Assembly (NCBI GenBank): GCA_951406725.2 | Contig: OX597837.1 | Coordinates: forward strand, 26,784,001-26,848,000 | Source: Octopus vulgaris | Taxonomy: Eukaryota | Length of the DNA: 64,000 bases | Direction of reading: 5' to 3' | Shown: piece by piece, positions 50,886 through 63,915 of the stretch | How positions within the stretch are numbered: the stretch's first letter is position 1 | Layout of the letters: each line of letters starts with the position of its first letter | The notes under the pieces: generated by a model | Database searches by the model: none | Seen by the model: only the letters and a program-made list of their open reading frames with translations | Told to the model about the DNA's origin: nothing | Made by a program: the position numbers and the translations under genes

Positions 50886-51018
50886 CAATTGCAGTGTGGA
50901 AGGTGTTTATAAGCCTTTTAAGAAACACAAAAACTGTTAGATTCACTTCAACATTAAAATTTAATTTGCCAAAATATTTTCATCGCTTTGAGACCATGAC
51001 CTATTCACTGACAAAATT
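50886..51018 (-). mobile_element. Family P1 copy with decayed hammerhead fold (50965-51015)
   Basis: Minus strand: TTTGTCA GTGAATA G GTCAT-GGTCTCAAA-GCGAT GAAA ATAT TT TGGCAAA. Confidence 0.65.
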
Positions 51019-51257
51019 CTGTGCTGCATGGAATATATTCTTTAATGCTTTGCTACAAACGTTTCCACAAACTTCATGCTTTAGTTGTATCCCCCATCCA
51101 TAGGATATAACAAGTATGACTCCCAAAATCCATGGTTTTTAAGGGGGATATTAATACATGTGTTCATTTCTTCAGGCAAAAATTACATTAGTGTTCTGGT
51201 TGTATTGCACATTTAGCTAAGGGACATCTACCAATTTAGACCAATCAGAAGAATATA

Positions 51258-51423
51258 TGGAGTGGCTGTGTGGTAAGTAGCTTGCTAACCAACCACATGG
51301 TTCCGGGTTCAGTCCCACTGCGTGGCATCTTGGGCAAGTGTCTTCTGCTATAGCCCCGGGCTGACCAATGCCTTGTGAATGGATTTGGTAGACGGAAACT
51401 GAAAGAAGCCTGTCGTATATATG

Positions 51424-51454
<31 letters not shown>

Positions 51455-51652
51455 ATGTGTTTGTTTCTCTGTGTTTGGCAAATGCTGGTGTGTTTATGTC
51501 CCCGTCACTTAGCGGTTCGGCAAAAGAGAACGATAGAATAAGTACTGGGCTTACAAAGAATAAGTCCTGGGGTTGATTTGCTCGACTAAAGGCGGTGCTC
51601 CAGCATGGCCACAGTCAAAGGACTGAAACAAGTAAAAGAGAGAGTAAAGAGT
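51258..51652 (+). mobile_element. SINE B
   Basis: Family B match. Confidence 0.9.
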
Positions 51653-51769
51653 ATATATATATATATATCAGTCTGGTGGTTCGTTACTATGGATCAGCCT
51701 AAATAATTAACTATTGCAGGGTGTGGTAAAAGACACCTTCCTAAAGTGCTACTCAGTGATACTGAATCC

Positions 51770-52160
51770 GTGGAGGCGCAATGGCCCAGTGGATAGGGCA
51801 GCGGACTCGCGGTCATAGGATCGCGGTTTCGATTCCCAGACCGGGCGTTGTGAGTGTTTATTGAGCGAAAACACCTAAAAGCTCCACGAGGCTCCGGCAG
51901 GGGATGGTGGTGATCCCTGCTGTACTCTTTCACCACAACTTTCTCTCACTCTTACTTCCTCTTTCTGTTGTACCTGTATTTCAAATGGCCGGCCTTGTCA
52001 CTCTCTGTGTCACGCTGAATATCCCCGAGAACTATGTTGAGGGTACACGTGTCTGTGGAGTGCTCAGCCACTTACACGTTAATTTCACGAGCAGGCTGTT
52101 CCGTTGATTTGGATCAACCGGAACCCTCATCGTCGTAACCGACGGAGTGCTTCCATCCCA
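51770..52160 (+). mobile_element. SINE C, full length
   Basis: 12-bp TSD GATACTGAATCC (51758-51769 and 52161-52172). Confidence 0.93.
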
Positions 52161-52243
52161 GATACTGAATCCCAAACCAGAACTAAGGCTGTATGGTGAA
52201 AGAGCAAACTTCTCTACCATACACCCATTCCTGTACATATGTG

Positions 52244-52640
52244 TACCGTAAATCCTAAGTGTAATCCGCGTTTTTTTCCCAAAATTTAATGGTCAAAATC
52301 CCTAGTGTGTACTGTATACGAGGTTAAAAATGAAAATTATTTTCTTAGCAATGTCCGAGTCTCTATTTGCTGTCGGGCAATGTTTATTCAGACGCATTTT
52401 GTGATGTAGGGCACGAAAATACCTTAAGCTAAGCCTGAAAGCAATGAAGTCATAAAAGAATCATCCATAACTTTCACTTTTCACATGGCCACTCCTGAGC
52501 CTATATGTGTATACTTTGTGAGTTGTTATTAGAAATAGTTTTAAAGTTTTTTATATTTTATAGTTCATATCCAAAGTATTTATTTTATAAGCCCTTTATA
52601 TAATGTAATAATTTGAATTGCTTAAATGGTCCTTTGCATA
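52244..52640 (+). mobile_element. Probable Tc1/mariner (pogo/Tigger-like) DNA transposon end
   Basis: TA-CCGTAAATCC...TAATCCGCG terminus resembling pogo-type TIRs; other end not seen, right boundary uncertain. Confidence 0.45.
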
Positions 52641-52687
52641 CTGAACACTTGTGAAATTGATTAATAATATTAATTTTACCTCAATTG

Positions 52688-53105
<418 letters not shown>

Positions 53106-53311
53106 ATATTGTGCAACCCATGGAAGATGCTTGTTAATTGATGATAATGATGATGATATGCATACAAACACATGCATTTATGTGTATGCACACACGCACG
53201 TTCACACACACACACGCGTATAAGTTTGTAATCTCCAGAAATGGACCAAATATAATATTGCCTCAGATGCTAGCATGCCCCTTTAAGAATGGTTGGCAAA
53301 ATATGAGGAAG

Positions 53312-53360
<49 letters not shown>

Positions 53361-53572
53361 TGAATCCTGTTACTGTATCGGAGCGGTTGGTGGGGCGGGG
53401 GGAGGAACAGTTTCCTCTACAGTTGGGCGCTGGAGATAACAAAAAACCAAAAAGAAATAAAATAATGAATAAAAAATAAAAAGCACCTCCCGCTTGCTCT
53501 GCTCCGAAAGCCACCAGCCACCACTAACAACCACAAACAGCCTCTGCCGCCACCATCACTACCAATGTAAGA

Positions 53573-53614
<42 letters not shown>

Positions 53615-53779
53615 GCCACCACCACCACCACCAATAGTTTTATCTAGGATATATTTTCAAAAAGTTATTTCTACTCTCTTGACTCGTTAATTTCCACCAT
53701 TGCGGGCTTCTAATGATATTTTTATCAACCAGCTGTAATTATTTTAAACAAGATCTCTTTCCATATATTTATATATATG

Positions 53780-53827
<48 letters not shown>

Positions 53828-53870
53828 CCACTGGCACTGGCCACACACACTCTCTCTCTCTTTTGCTCTG

Positions 53871-53920
<50 letters not shown>

Positions 53921-53925
53921 GTATG

Positions 53926-53997
<72 letters not shown>

Positions 53998-54777
53998 CAT
54001 ATATATATGTATACACGTATATATATACACATACACAAATAGTCACATATATACCCAATTACTCTCTTTGTCTCTGGGTAATGTTGCTCTTTTAAAAAAT
54101 ATATATATATTTAGTAGATTAAGACAGATTAGCTGTAAAGAAACTTCCTAAATAGCCAAGAGTTTTTTTGGGGGGTTTTTTTTTTTGTTTTATTATTTTT
54201 TTTTCCATATAAAAATCTGACAATTCTTCAAAAAGTTTTGACTTTTATCTTCTAACTCCATTAAACTCATTTCTTTTATCTTGCGTGTATACATGCCTGT
54301 GTATACATGTGTGTGTGTGTATGTGTGTGTGCGTGTGTGTGTGTGTGTGTTTATTAAAAAAAAAAACTGTAATTCCAGCGGCTGTAGTAAGTACACCTAC
54401 CATTCTTTGATTCCTCTCTCCTGTGGTGACATTTACTCCGAGCTGGACTTTACCTTTCATCCTTCAGCAGGGATGGTAATGGGGTGGGGTGGGGTGGGGG
54501 ACCAAAGTACTGGTAAAGGGGATATCAATTAAATCAACTATTCCATCCCTACTGCCATTTCCCTGCCACCACTACCACCCACCACCACCCACCACCCACC
54601 ACCACCACCATCAATATTTCTGGTGGGGTTGATTGATTTTGTTTGGGTGGTAAGAAGCTTGCTTTCCTGTCACATGGATCCCGGTTCAGTCCCACTGCGT
54701 GGAACCTTCTACTATAGCCTCAGACCAATCAAAGCCTTGTGAGTGGATTTGGTAGACAGAAACTGAAAGAAGCCCCT

Positions 54778-54810
<33 letters not shown>

Positions 54811-54814
<4 letters not shown>

Positions 54815-54943
54815 GAAATGAAGAAAATGCTGACAAAATAATTTAAGTAATTTAAGTAATTTAATTAGGTGAAAGTTCTTTTCACCTAATTAAATTACTT
54901 AAATTACTTAAATTATTTTGTCAGCATTTTCTTCATTTCCTTT
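54811..54943. repeat. Perfect palindrome, 64-bp arms with 5-nt loop, inside (TA)n
   Basis: Arms 54811-54874 and 54880-54943; loop GTTCT. Confidence 0.95.
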
Positions 54944-54980
54944 TTTATATATCACAACTCGTGTTCCACATCTCCTTTTT

Positions 54981-55015
<35 letters not shown>

Positions 55016-55019
<4 letters not shown>

Positions 55020-55503
55020 GCTGTGTGGCAAGTAGCTTGCTTACCAGCCACATGGTTCTGGGTTCAGTCCCACTGTGTGGCACCTTGGGCAAGTGTCTTC
55101 TCCTATAGCCTCAGGCCGACCAAAGCCTTGTGAGTGGATTTGGTAGACGGAAACTGGAAAGAAGCCCGTCGTATATATGTGTGTGTGTGTTTGTGTGTCT
55201 GTGTTTGTCCCCCCCCAACAGCGCTTGACAACCGATGCTGGTGTGTTTACGTCCCCGTTACTTAGTGGTTCGACAAAAGAGACTGATAGAATAAGTACTA
55301 GGCTTACAAAGCTGAAGCAGAAATATCATTATAGCAAATATTCTGCTCAATACCAAAGATTTGCTTGTCAGTTACTTGACCTTCACCACTTGAGCATGTC
55401 CCTCAGTGGCTGATGGTATGCACATCTTTGATCATAAGCAGGAGTAGTGGGGTGGGGAGAACCATAGCCATGTGTTGAGAGGGATTCTTTGGGGTTTGAA
55501 TAA
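55016..55503 (+). mobile_element. SINE B (55016-55310) followed by an internal fragment of element F (55333-55503)
   Basis: Family matches. Confidence 0.8.
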
Positions 55504-55569
55504 ATGTAACAAAAGCAAACTTTGAAGGAAACATTAACCATTTTTCATACTTTCCAAGGGTAAGCAAAT

Positions 55570-56019
55570 ATATTTCTTTACTACCCACAGGGGGGCTAAA
55601 CACAGAGAGGACAAACAAGGACAGACAAACGGATTAAGTCGATTACATCGACCCCAGTGCGTAACTGGTACTTAATTTATCGACCCCAAAAGAATGAAAG
55701 GCAAAGTCGAATTCGGCGGAATTTGAACCCAGAACGTAACGGCAGACGAAATACGGCTACGCCTTTCACCCGGCATGCTAACGTTTCTTATTTCATTATT
55801 GCCCACAAGGGGCTAAACATAGAGGGGACAAACAAGGACAGACAAAGGTATTAAGTCGATTACATCTACTCCAGTGCGTAACTGGTACTTAATTTATCGA
55901 CCCCGAAAGAATGAAAGGCAAAGTCGACCTCGGCGGAATTTGAACCCAGAACGTAACGGCAGACGAAATACGGCTACGCCTTTCGCCCGGCGTGCTAACA
56001 ATTCTGCCAGTTCGCCGCC
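55570..56019 (-). mobile_element. SINE A tandem dimer
   Basis: Junction of the AACGTTTC|TTATTTC type. Confidence 0.9.
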
Positions 56020-56431
56020 AGTAAATAACAGCTTCTACCCAAGGACAAAAATTATGTTACACGGAGTAATTAGATGAGGGTAGATATTTCAACAATGATT
56101 ATATTCCAGGAGTCCATTCTTGATTCAGTCCATATGTAATGAACAGAATGCCAACTAATTAACCAAAAATACATTAACGATGATTACACTGCCTCTGTTG
56201 ACATCTTTTATACAGAAACCCTTTTTACCAAACTTAAAGAAACCCTCTTCCTCTTCTTCCTCAACACCTTCCCCACACTTTATTAATTAATACAAAGACA
56301 TCTTCATTAAGCGGACTGAAATGATTATTTTTTCTTCGTTAACCCATCGTTTCATCATCTCCGTCCTCTTTTGTCTTTTCGCAAACTAATTCATGTTCTT
56401 CCTTCAGATTTCAATTTTCATGTCTATATGA

Positions 56432-56790
56432 AAAGCACCATCCATTCATGTCCGTTGCCAGCCTCGCCTGGCCTCCGTGCCAGTGGCACGTAAAAGCACC
56501 ATCCATTCGTGTCCGTTGCCAGCCTCGCCTGGCCCCTGTGCCGGTGGCACGTAAAAGTACCATCCGTTCGTGGCCGTTTGCCAGCTCCGTCTGGCACCTG
56601 TGCGGGTGGCACGTAAAAAGCACCCACTACACTCACGGAGTGGTTGGCATTAGGAAGGGCATCCAGCCGTAGAAACACTGCCAGATCTGACTGGGCCTGA
56701 TGCGGCCTTCCTGCTTCACAGACCCCAGTTGAACCGTCCAACCCATGCTAGCATGGAAAGCGGACGCTAAATGATGATGATGATGATGAT
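56432..56790 (+). mobile_element. SINE E 3' part
   Basis: ~60-bp tandem units, GGAAGGGCATCCAG block, (GAT)n tail. Confidence 0.85.
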
Positions 56791-58017
56791 ATGATGTGAT
56801 GAAGATCTTACTGCTTCTGCTGCTACTGCTACTACTACTGCTATTTCACAGCCTCCCCCCTCCCCACCCCCAGCCATCTTTGGATTCTTTACTCCAACTT
56901 AAATACTGAAACCCTGAGAGATTAGTAACTTTGGTCTTGGATTACATTAGGAGATATCAGCTTTAATCCCCTGCCCTACCAACTCAAAGAACTAACTGGA
57001 TGAGTAGAACTGGGGAAGGGAGAAGAGGAAGGGTATCCTACCCTCTTCACTCCCCCTTCCGTATACTACCTATTCCCAGTGTAATAGGTGTAATAATTCA
57101 AAATTTAGGGTCCAGTAAACCCCACTTTTCCCACCCCACTTTTCACACCCAATTGACAAATATTGTTATTGAAATGTTTTTAGCTTTCTCATCTAAAGCC
57201 CGACCCCCATTCCCACCCTGAAACATTCCTCACCCCTTACACCCCCACTTCTGGCCCCTTTTAGGGATTAGTTGACCAGTAGTTAACAGAGCACGTAATA
57301 TCTCTTTCAGTAGAAGTGTCTGGTGGGGATAGTGACATTACAGCATTAAAATGAAAATTACGATCAGAATTAAACTACTATGTAACTACTGATAGCTTTA
57401 TTTAACTCTCCTACTGTCTGTCTGCATGTGTGTGTATGTGAGTGTGTGTGTGTGTGTGTGTGTCTTTTTTTTTACTGGTTCCAGGTTCAGTCTCATTGCA
57501 TAGCACCTTGGGTAAGTGTCTTCTACTATAGCCTTGGACCAGCCAAAGTCTTGTGAGGGGATTTGGTAGAGGGAAACTGAAAGAAGCCTCGTCATTATAT
57601 TCGCTGCAGTGGTATTTTGACCATATAGCACGTGGAGTTTAGACAGCCAATTTAAACTGGTTGTGTGCATACGTGTATATATATGTGTGTATATGTGTGT
57701 ATATGTACTTACCACAAAGCCGCTCATGAAGCTGTGGCCCTTGTTTTACAACCAAAGCTTGATGCCAACACACAAAGGCACAACCTTCTCTTCAGGTCCT
57801 TGAAAGAAAATCCCTTTGTTGCTAGCCATATGAATAGCTTCTTGAGCCCTATTTTTACTCTAGTTACCACAGTTTGGAAACACTCCCGCCCCTCTACTGC
57901 TAATTAGGTTACCTAGGTAACAAAAGCCATCAACAACTTCTAGAGTGCCTTCTGGTCATCTAACAAATACAATCTCTTTCATACATATTTCGGACTATTT
58001 AACTACTCCTCTACTTC

Positions 58018-58633
58018 CTATTTCTTTATTGCCCACAAGGGGCTAAACATAGAGGACAGACAAAGGGATTAAGTCGATTACATCGACCTCAGTGCAAAAC
58101 TGGTACTTAATTTATTGACCTCGAAAGGATGAAAGGCAAAGTCGACCTCGGCGTAATTTGAACTCAGAACGTAACAGAGGACTAAATACCGCTAAGCATT
58201 TCACCCGGCGTGCTAATGTTTCTTATTTCTTTATTACCCACTAGGGGCTAAACATAGCGTGGACAAACAAGGACAGACAAAGGGATTAAGTCGATTACAT
58301 CGACCCCAGTGCGAAACTGTTACTTAATTTAATGACCCTGAAAGGATGAAAGGCAAAGTCGCCTTTGGTGGAATCTGAACACAGAACGTAATAGCAGATG
58401 AAATACCTATTTCTTTACTAGCCACAAGGGGCTAAACACAGAGAGGACAAACAAGGACAGACAAACGGATTAAGTCGATTATATTGACCCCAGTGCGTAA
58501 CTGGTACTTATTTAATCGACTCTGAAAGGATGAAAGGCAAAGTCGACTTCGGCAGAATTTGAACTCAGAACCTAACGGCAGATGAAATACCACTAAGTAT
58601 TTCGCCGGGTGTGCTAATGTTTCTGCCAGTTTG
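58018..58633 (-). mobile_element. SINE A trimer bounded by a single TSD
   Basis: TSD CTCCTCTACTTC (58006-58017 and 58634-58645). Confidence 0.9.
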
Positions 58634-59449
58634 CTCCTCTACTTCTGCCACCTACAAAGTCTACCTGAGATCAGCACCCACCACTTCATTGCCTGTGTAT
58701 CTTTAGTTTACACTTGTATGGAATTTTTACCGATTCTTTTTCTACATCTTGAGAGAGTGAACATGGCTAGTTCCCAGATGGCACTAGGGTCCTGTCTTCT
58801 ATCCTACTTAACCAAAACTTCATTCTTTGCTGTGTTTACTTTGAAGACTTGATTCTAGGTTTTGCTTCCGTGTCTGGAATTTCTTATGTGTGTGTGTGCG
58901 TGAGTGCATGCGAACATTTATTTTATAAAATACTCCAGAAATATAAACAATTTTGCTTAAGAAATATTCCTTAGTTTTGCGAGCATGCATGCTTGTGTGT
59001 GTGTGTGTGTGTATGCGTGTGTATGTGTGTGTGTGTGTGTGTGTGTGTTTTATGTAGCAGTTGTCTAAGATGCTGCCTGAAGACAATCTATCAAGCCGAC
59101 TGTTCACTTTAGACAAGACTCTCTTTTAATTACTTAGTGGCAGCTGTCAGTAATGGGGGAGAAGGAAAGGGGGTGGGGTGCAAGGGAGAGACAAATGTCC
59201 TTTGGAGTTAATGACGAATGATTTTTATCTCTGTCTTCAACAGACTTCAGCTTGCACTCAAAGACCTTAAGACTTTAATTCCGACCAATATCTCACAGAA
59301 CTTGATGTTCTTAAAAAAATTTTTTTTCTCAGACATTTCAAAATTTCTCTTCTTTAAGTGATGAAAATTTTTTTTGGATATCTTTATGTCTGCCACATTT
59401 TTAGTTTGACCCTAGTCTGGTATTTGGTACCATGGTACGTATCCAAGAA

Positions 59450-59583
59450 TAAAATAAAGTACTAGACTTACAAAGAATAAGTCCTGGGGGGGGGTCGATT
59501 TGTTCAACTAAAGGCAGTGCTCCAGCATGGCCGCAGTCAAATGACTGAAACAAATAAAAGAATAAAAGAATATATTATATCAT

Positions 59584-59619
<36 letters not shown>

Positions 59620-59890
59620 GTCATCATCATCATCATCATCATCGTCGTCGTCGTCATCATTATTATCATCATCATTTAGCATCATCTTTCCATACTGGCA
59701 TGGCTCAGATGGTTTGGCCGAAACTGATAAGCCTGAGAGATGCACCAAGTTCCAGTCTCATTTGGCATGATTTCTATGGCTGGATGCTCTTCCTAACGCC
59801 AATTACTCCAAGAGTGTAATAAGTGCTTTTTATATGTCACCAGCACAGGTGCTTCTATGTAGCACCAGCATGGATGCCAATTATGTGACA
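59450..59890. mobile_element. SINE B tail (+, 59450-59570) and degenerate SINE E (-, 59675-59890)
   Basis: Family blocks recognisable. Confidence 0.7.
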
Positions 59891-59968
59891 CTTTAGCAAG
59901 AGTAGTTGAAGCAAGGAGGATTTGCTCTCTCTCTCTCTATTTATATATATATATATATAAATATATAT

Positions 59969-60292
59969 CTAAACCTCGCTAAGATAAATATTTCAATTAC
60001 CTGAAGATTGACTGTAACCATAACTCGAATTATTACGAATTGGACAGCCATGAAACGATTGTAGTGTTTTACTCATTATCTTTTATTAAACTTTTAATAC
60101 TTTTGATATATATTTAAAATAATATAAATTAATTAATTTTATGTATTGGCTTAAGTTTTTCATTGTTTGATTTGCCTAATAGTGGTTTTATCTCTAATTT
60201 AATATAATATAATATTTTACTATAAAATTGGATTCAATCCTAAATCTGATTTTTCCCTGTAAGTTTGGATTTATTCCCTCATATTTTATTAT
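59969..60292 (+). mobile_element. Family P2, second copy, with hammerhead core (59996-60065)
   Basis: CTGAAGA 60001-60007 and GAAA 60052-60055; flanked by (TA)n. Confidence 0.75.
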
Positions 60293-60321
60293 ATGATATA
60301 TATATATATATATGATATATA

Positions 60322-60550
60322 TCTATCACGGTCAGGATGCCATGATAGATCGTTAGCTCCTACATGCATTTTTTTTCTCTCCTTGCTTCTCTCCGTGTTT
60401 TTTTTCTGTGTATCTTTCTGTCGAAGAGCATAGGCTCGAAACGTAAAAGACTTTTTCTATTTCTATTCTTGAGCGCTATACTAACACATTTGTTTGTTTG
60501 TACTCCACCTGCCTTTGTCTTTTGTTTATTTTCGTAAACTTCCCCATTAT
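60322..60550 (+). mobile_element. Family P3 short element in (TA)n with a variant hammerhead-like fold (60413-60450)
   Basis: TCTTT CTGTCGA A GAG-CATAGG-CTC GAAA CG TA AAAGA. Confidence 0.55.
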
Positions 60551-61022
60551 ATATATATATATATATATATATCTCCCTCTGTCATGCCCTGCACAAAAAA
60601 GAAGGACCTCATTAGTTTTGCCTTTCCTCCTCTAACTACATTACAGCCAACCATCACACAGGAGCAAGTATGGCTTGATGATTGTGTACCATGCTTTCAC
60701 TTATTATTTTAGGTGCCTGTGTAGTCTTGAGCAGACCTAGACATCCTCTTGACTATCCTACTCTTGACCCAGCGGTATGTCTCTCGAGAGACAGACAGAC
60801 AGACAGAGAAAGAGAAAGGGCAGCGCTGGTCCTCAGCTAGTTCTCAATACAGGTGAATAGACCTGAGCAATATGAAATGAAGTATTTTGCTGCTTAGTCG
60901 AGGAACGGAACCAATGACTTTAAGATCATGAAATGAACACCTTAACCACTGGGCCACACATTTTAATGTACAAAACTATGGGTAGAGTTAACCTGCAGAC
61001 CCTCTTCTCTTTCCAACTCTTT

Positions 61023-61212
61023 CTAAACATAGAGGGGACAAACAAAGGCAGACAAACAGATTAAGTCGATTACATCGACCCCCAGTGCATAACTGGTACT
61101 TTATTTATCGACCCTGAAAGGCAAAGTTGACCTCAGTGGAATTTGAACTCAGAATGTAACGGCAGACGAAATACCGCTAAGCATTTCGCCCGGCGTGCTA
61201 ATGTTTCTGCCA
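61023..61212 (-). mobile_element. SINE A
   Basis: Family A match. Confidence 0.85.
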
Positions 61213-61213
61213 A

Positions 61214-61595
61214 TGATAATGAACTTATTGTATACAGTGCTCAGGTGCACCACAACTTGTCAAAAGTGCGTATAAAGCATATGCAGTAATGTACAAATGT
61301 CTGGGAAGTGAGCAGTGTATGAGTCAGATACATGCTTGCGTGTGTATGGAGGGGAGAGAATCAGGTGTAGTGTTGGCGAATCTCAGGAAGCATGGAAGTT
61401 TTGAAGGATGCAGTGCTCCGACAACTAACAACTAATGCCGGCTGTTTGTTCCATGTTTCAGCAACTCTTAGCATGAAAAAATGTTTCCGAAAGTCAAGGG
61501 AGCTATGCTGTTTTCTGACTTTGTAAACATGTCCACAAGTGTTAGACAGGTGGAGTCTGAAAAGGTTCTCAGAGTTATTGTTAGTAAGATGGTTA
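61214..61595 (-). mobile_element. CR1-clade LINE 3' end
   Basis: Minus strand encodes ...SNTCGHVYKVRKQHSSLDFRKHFFMLRVAETWNKQPALVVSCRSTASFKTSMLPEIRQHYT* (stop at 61361-61363), followed by 3' UTR. Confidence 0.88.
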
Positions 61596-61749
61596 ATAAT
61601 TATATCTCAAAGATTGGAAGATTTCACTTCAACATTGCAAGCCTAGACTGTTATATGGAAATAGACTCTGTAATATAATATATTTATGGCCATTGAGGTG
61701 AGTGTGTGTGTTATACTATCACAGCTACTTTAGCATCACCAGTAACCAT

Positions 61750-62150
61750 TACTCTTACTCTTTACTCTTTACTCTTTTACTTGTTTCAGTCATTTGACTG
61801 CGGCCATGCTGGAGCACCGCCTTTAGTCGAGCAACTCGACCCCAGGACTTATTCTTTGTAAGCCCAGTACTTATTCTATCAGTCTCTTTCGCCGAACCGC
61901 TAAGTGACGGGGACATAAACACACCAGCATCGGTTGTCAAGCAATGCTAGGGGGACAAACACAGACACACAAACACGCACATATACTACGGGCTTCTTTC
62001 AGTTTCCGTCTACCAAATCCACTCACAAGGCTTTGGTCGGCCCGAGGCTATAGTAGAAGACTCTTGCCCAAGATGCCATGGAGTGGGACTGAACCCAGAA
62101 CCATGTAGTTGGTTAGCAAGCTACTTACCACGCAGCCACTCCTGCGCCTA
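61750..62150 (-). mobile_element. SINE B
   Basis: Full length. Confidence 0.9.
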
Positions 62151-62457
62151 TGTATATGATCTAACAGTTTTTTGGCTCTGAGTCAGATATTCCCATAAAC
62201 TTAGTAATTAGCATACATTACAAGATCAAAGCAGTGTAGTTAATTATTATATTTTAGACTTTGGTATGGATCCATGGTAATAATTACTTCTTTCTAGTTC
62301 CATCTAATTATTAGTGTTACGGTCAACTGACCATTTGGCAGTAGCTGCCTTTAATGGCACCGAATCTCGTTGCTTCTTCTCAGAGTTTTAATCCACAGAG
62401 AAAAGTTTGCTGTTGACTGAGATATAGTTCAAAGACAGAGCAGCGGTTTGTCTGTTC

Positions 62458-62835
62458 ACAATGGTCCAGTGGTTAGGGCAGCGGACTCGCGGTCATAGGA
62501 TCGCGGTTTCAATTCTCAGACCGGGCGTTGTGAGTGTTTATTGAGCGAAAACACCTAAAGCTCCACGAGGCTCTGGCAGGGGATGGTGGTGATCCCTGCT
62601 GTATTCTTTCACCACAACTTTCTCTCACTCTTACCTCCTGTTTCTGTTGTACCTGTATTTCAAAGGGCCGGCCTTGTCACTCTCTGTGTCACGCTGAATA
62701 TCCCCGAGAACTACATTAAGAGTGCACATGTCTGTTGAGTGCTCAGCCACTTACACGTTAATTTCACAAGCAGGCTGTTCCGTTAATTCGGATCAACCGG
62801 AACCCTCGTCGTCGTAACCGACGGAGTGCTTCCAT
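62458..62835 (+). mobile_element. SINE C
   Basis: Family C match. Confidence 0.9.
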
Positions 62836-63069
62836 GTCCATTATGTGTGTGTGGCCTCCATACACGCATACATGCACACAGACACACAAATGCATGCACA
62901 GATAAGGATACACATCATAGAGAGACAGAATGGGTTGAACAGCACAGGAGGAAACACATGGATGGAAGAGTCTCTGAAGAAGTCACAGACGTGTGATGAA
63001 AGATTTCCAGACAATGGATATAAGATAAAATAGAAACAATATAACGATTCTGACAGTATGTCATTTTGT

Positions 63070-63238
63070 TTTCACCTGGTAGTTATTCTATCGATCTCTT
63101 TTAGCAAACTGCTAAGTTGCAGGGATGTAAGCAAATCAACAACGGTTGTCAAGTGGTAGTGATGGACAAATACAGACACAAACACACAGACAGACAGATA
63201 GACAAACAAACAGACAGACAAACAGACAGATAGACAGG

Positions 63239-63269
<31 letters not shown>

Positions 63270-63392
63270 ATTTATATGTATGAACATCAGCTCACAGCTA
63301 TAGAAGAAGACACTTGCCCTAGGTGCCATGCAGTGGGACTGAACCCAGAACCATGTGGTTGGGAAATAAACTTTTTACCACACAGCCACACT
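63070..63392 (-). mobile_element. Degenerate SINE B
   Basis: Head and body blocks with an internal deletion. Confidence 0.75.
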
Positions 63393-63450
63393 ATATCATC
63401 TATATGTATTCTACAATGGTATCTTCCTATACATCTCACACACACACACA

Positions 63451-63493
<43 letters not shown>

Positions 63494-63662
63494 TAGGGAA
63501 TTTATAAAATGCCTTGTTTTTGAATGAGAATAAATTATTCCTAACTGTTTGACTCCAAGAGAATCTTCATACAAGTCTAATTATGGTAAAATGGATGAGT
63601 TTTAGGTTAAACAGGAGTGGCTTGTGACATCAGAACAGAAATAATTTATTCATTGCTTCTTC

Positions 63663-63667
63663 TATAT

Positions 63668-63737
<70 letters not shown>

Positions 63738-63752
63738 TATATATATATATAT

Positions 63753-63825
<73 letters not shown>

Positions 63826-63867
63826 CAGACAGACAGATAGACAGATATATATATATATATGTATATA

Positions 63868-63912
<45 letters not shown>
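63663..63912. repeat. (TA)/(GATA)/(GA)n compound microsatellite
   Basis: Direct inspection. Confidence 0.95.
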
Positions 63913-63915
<3 letters not shown>

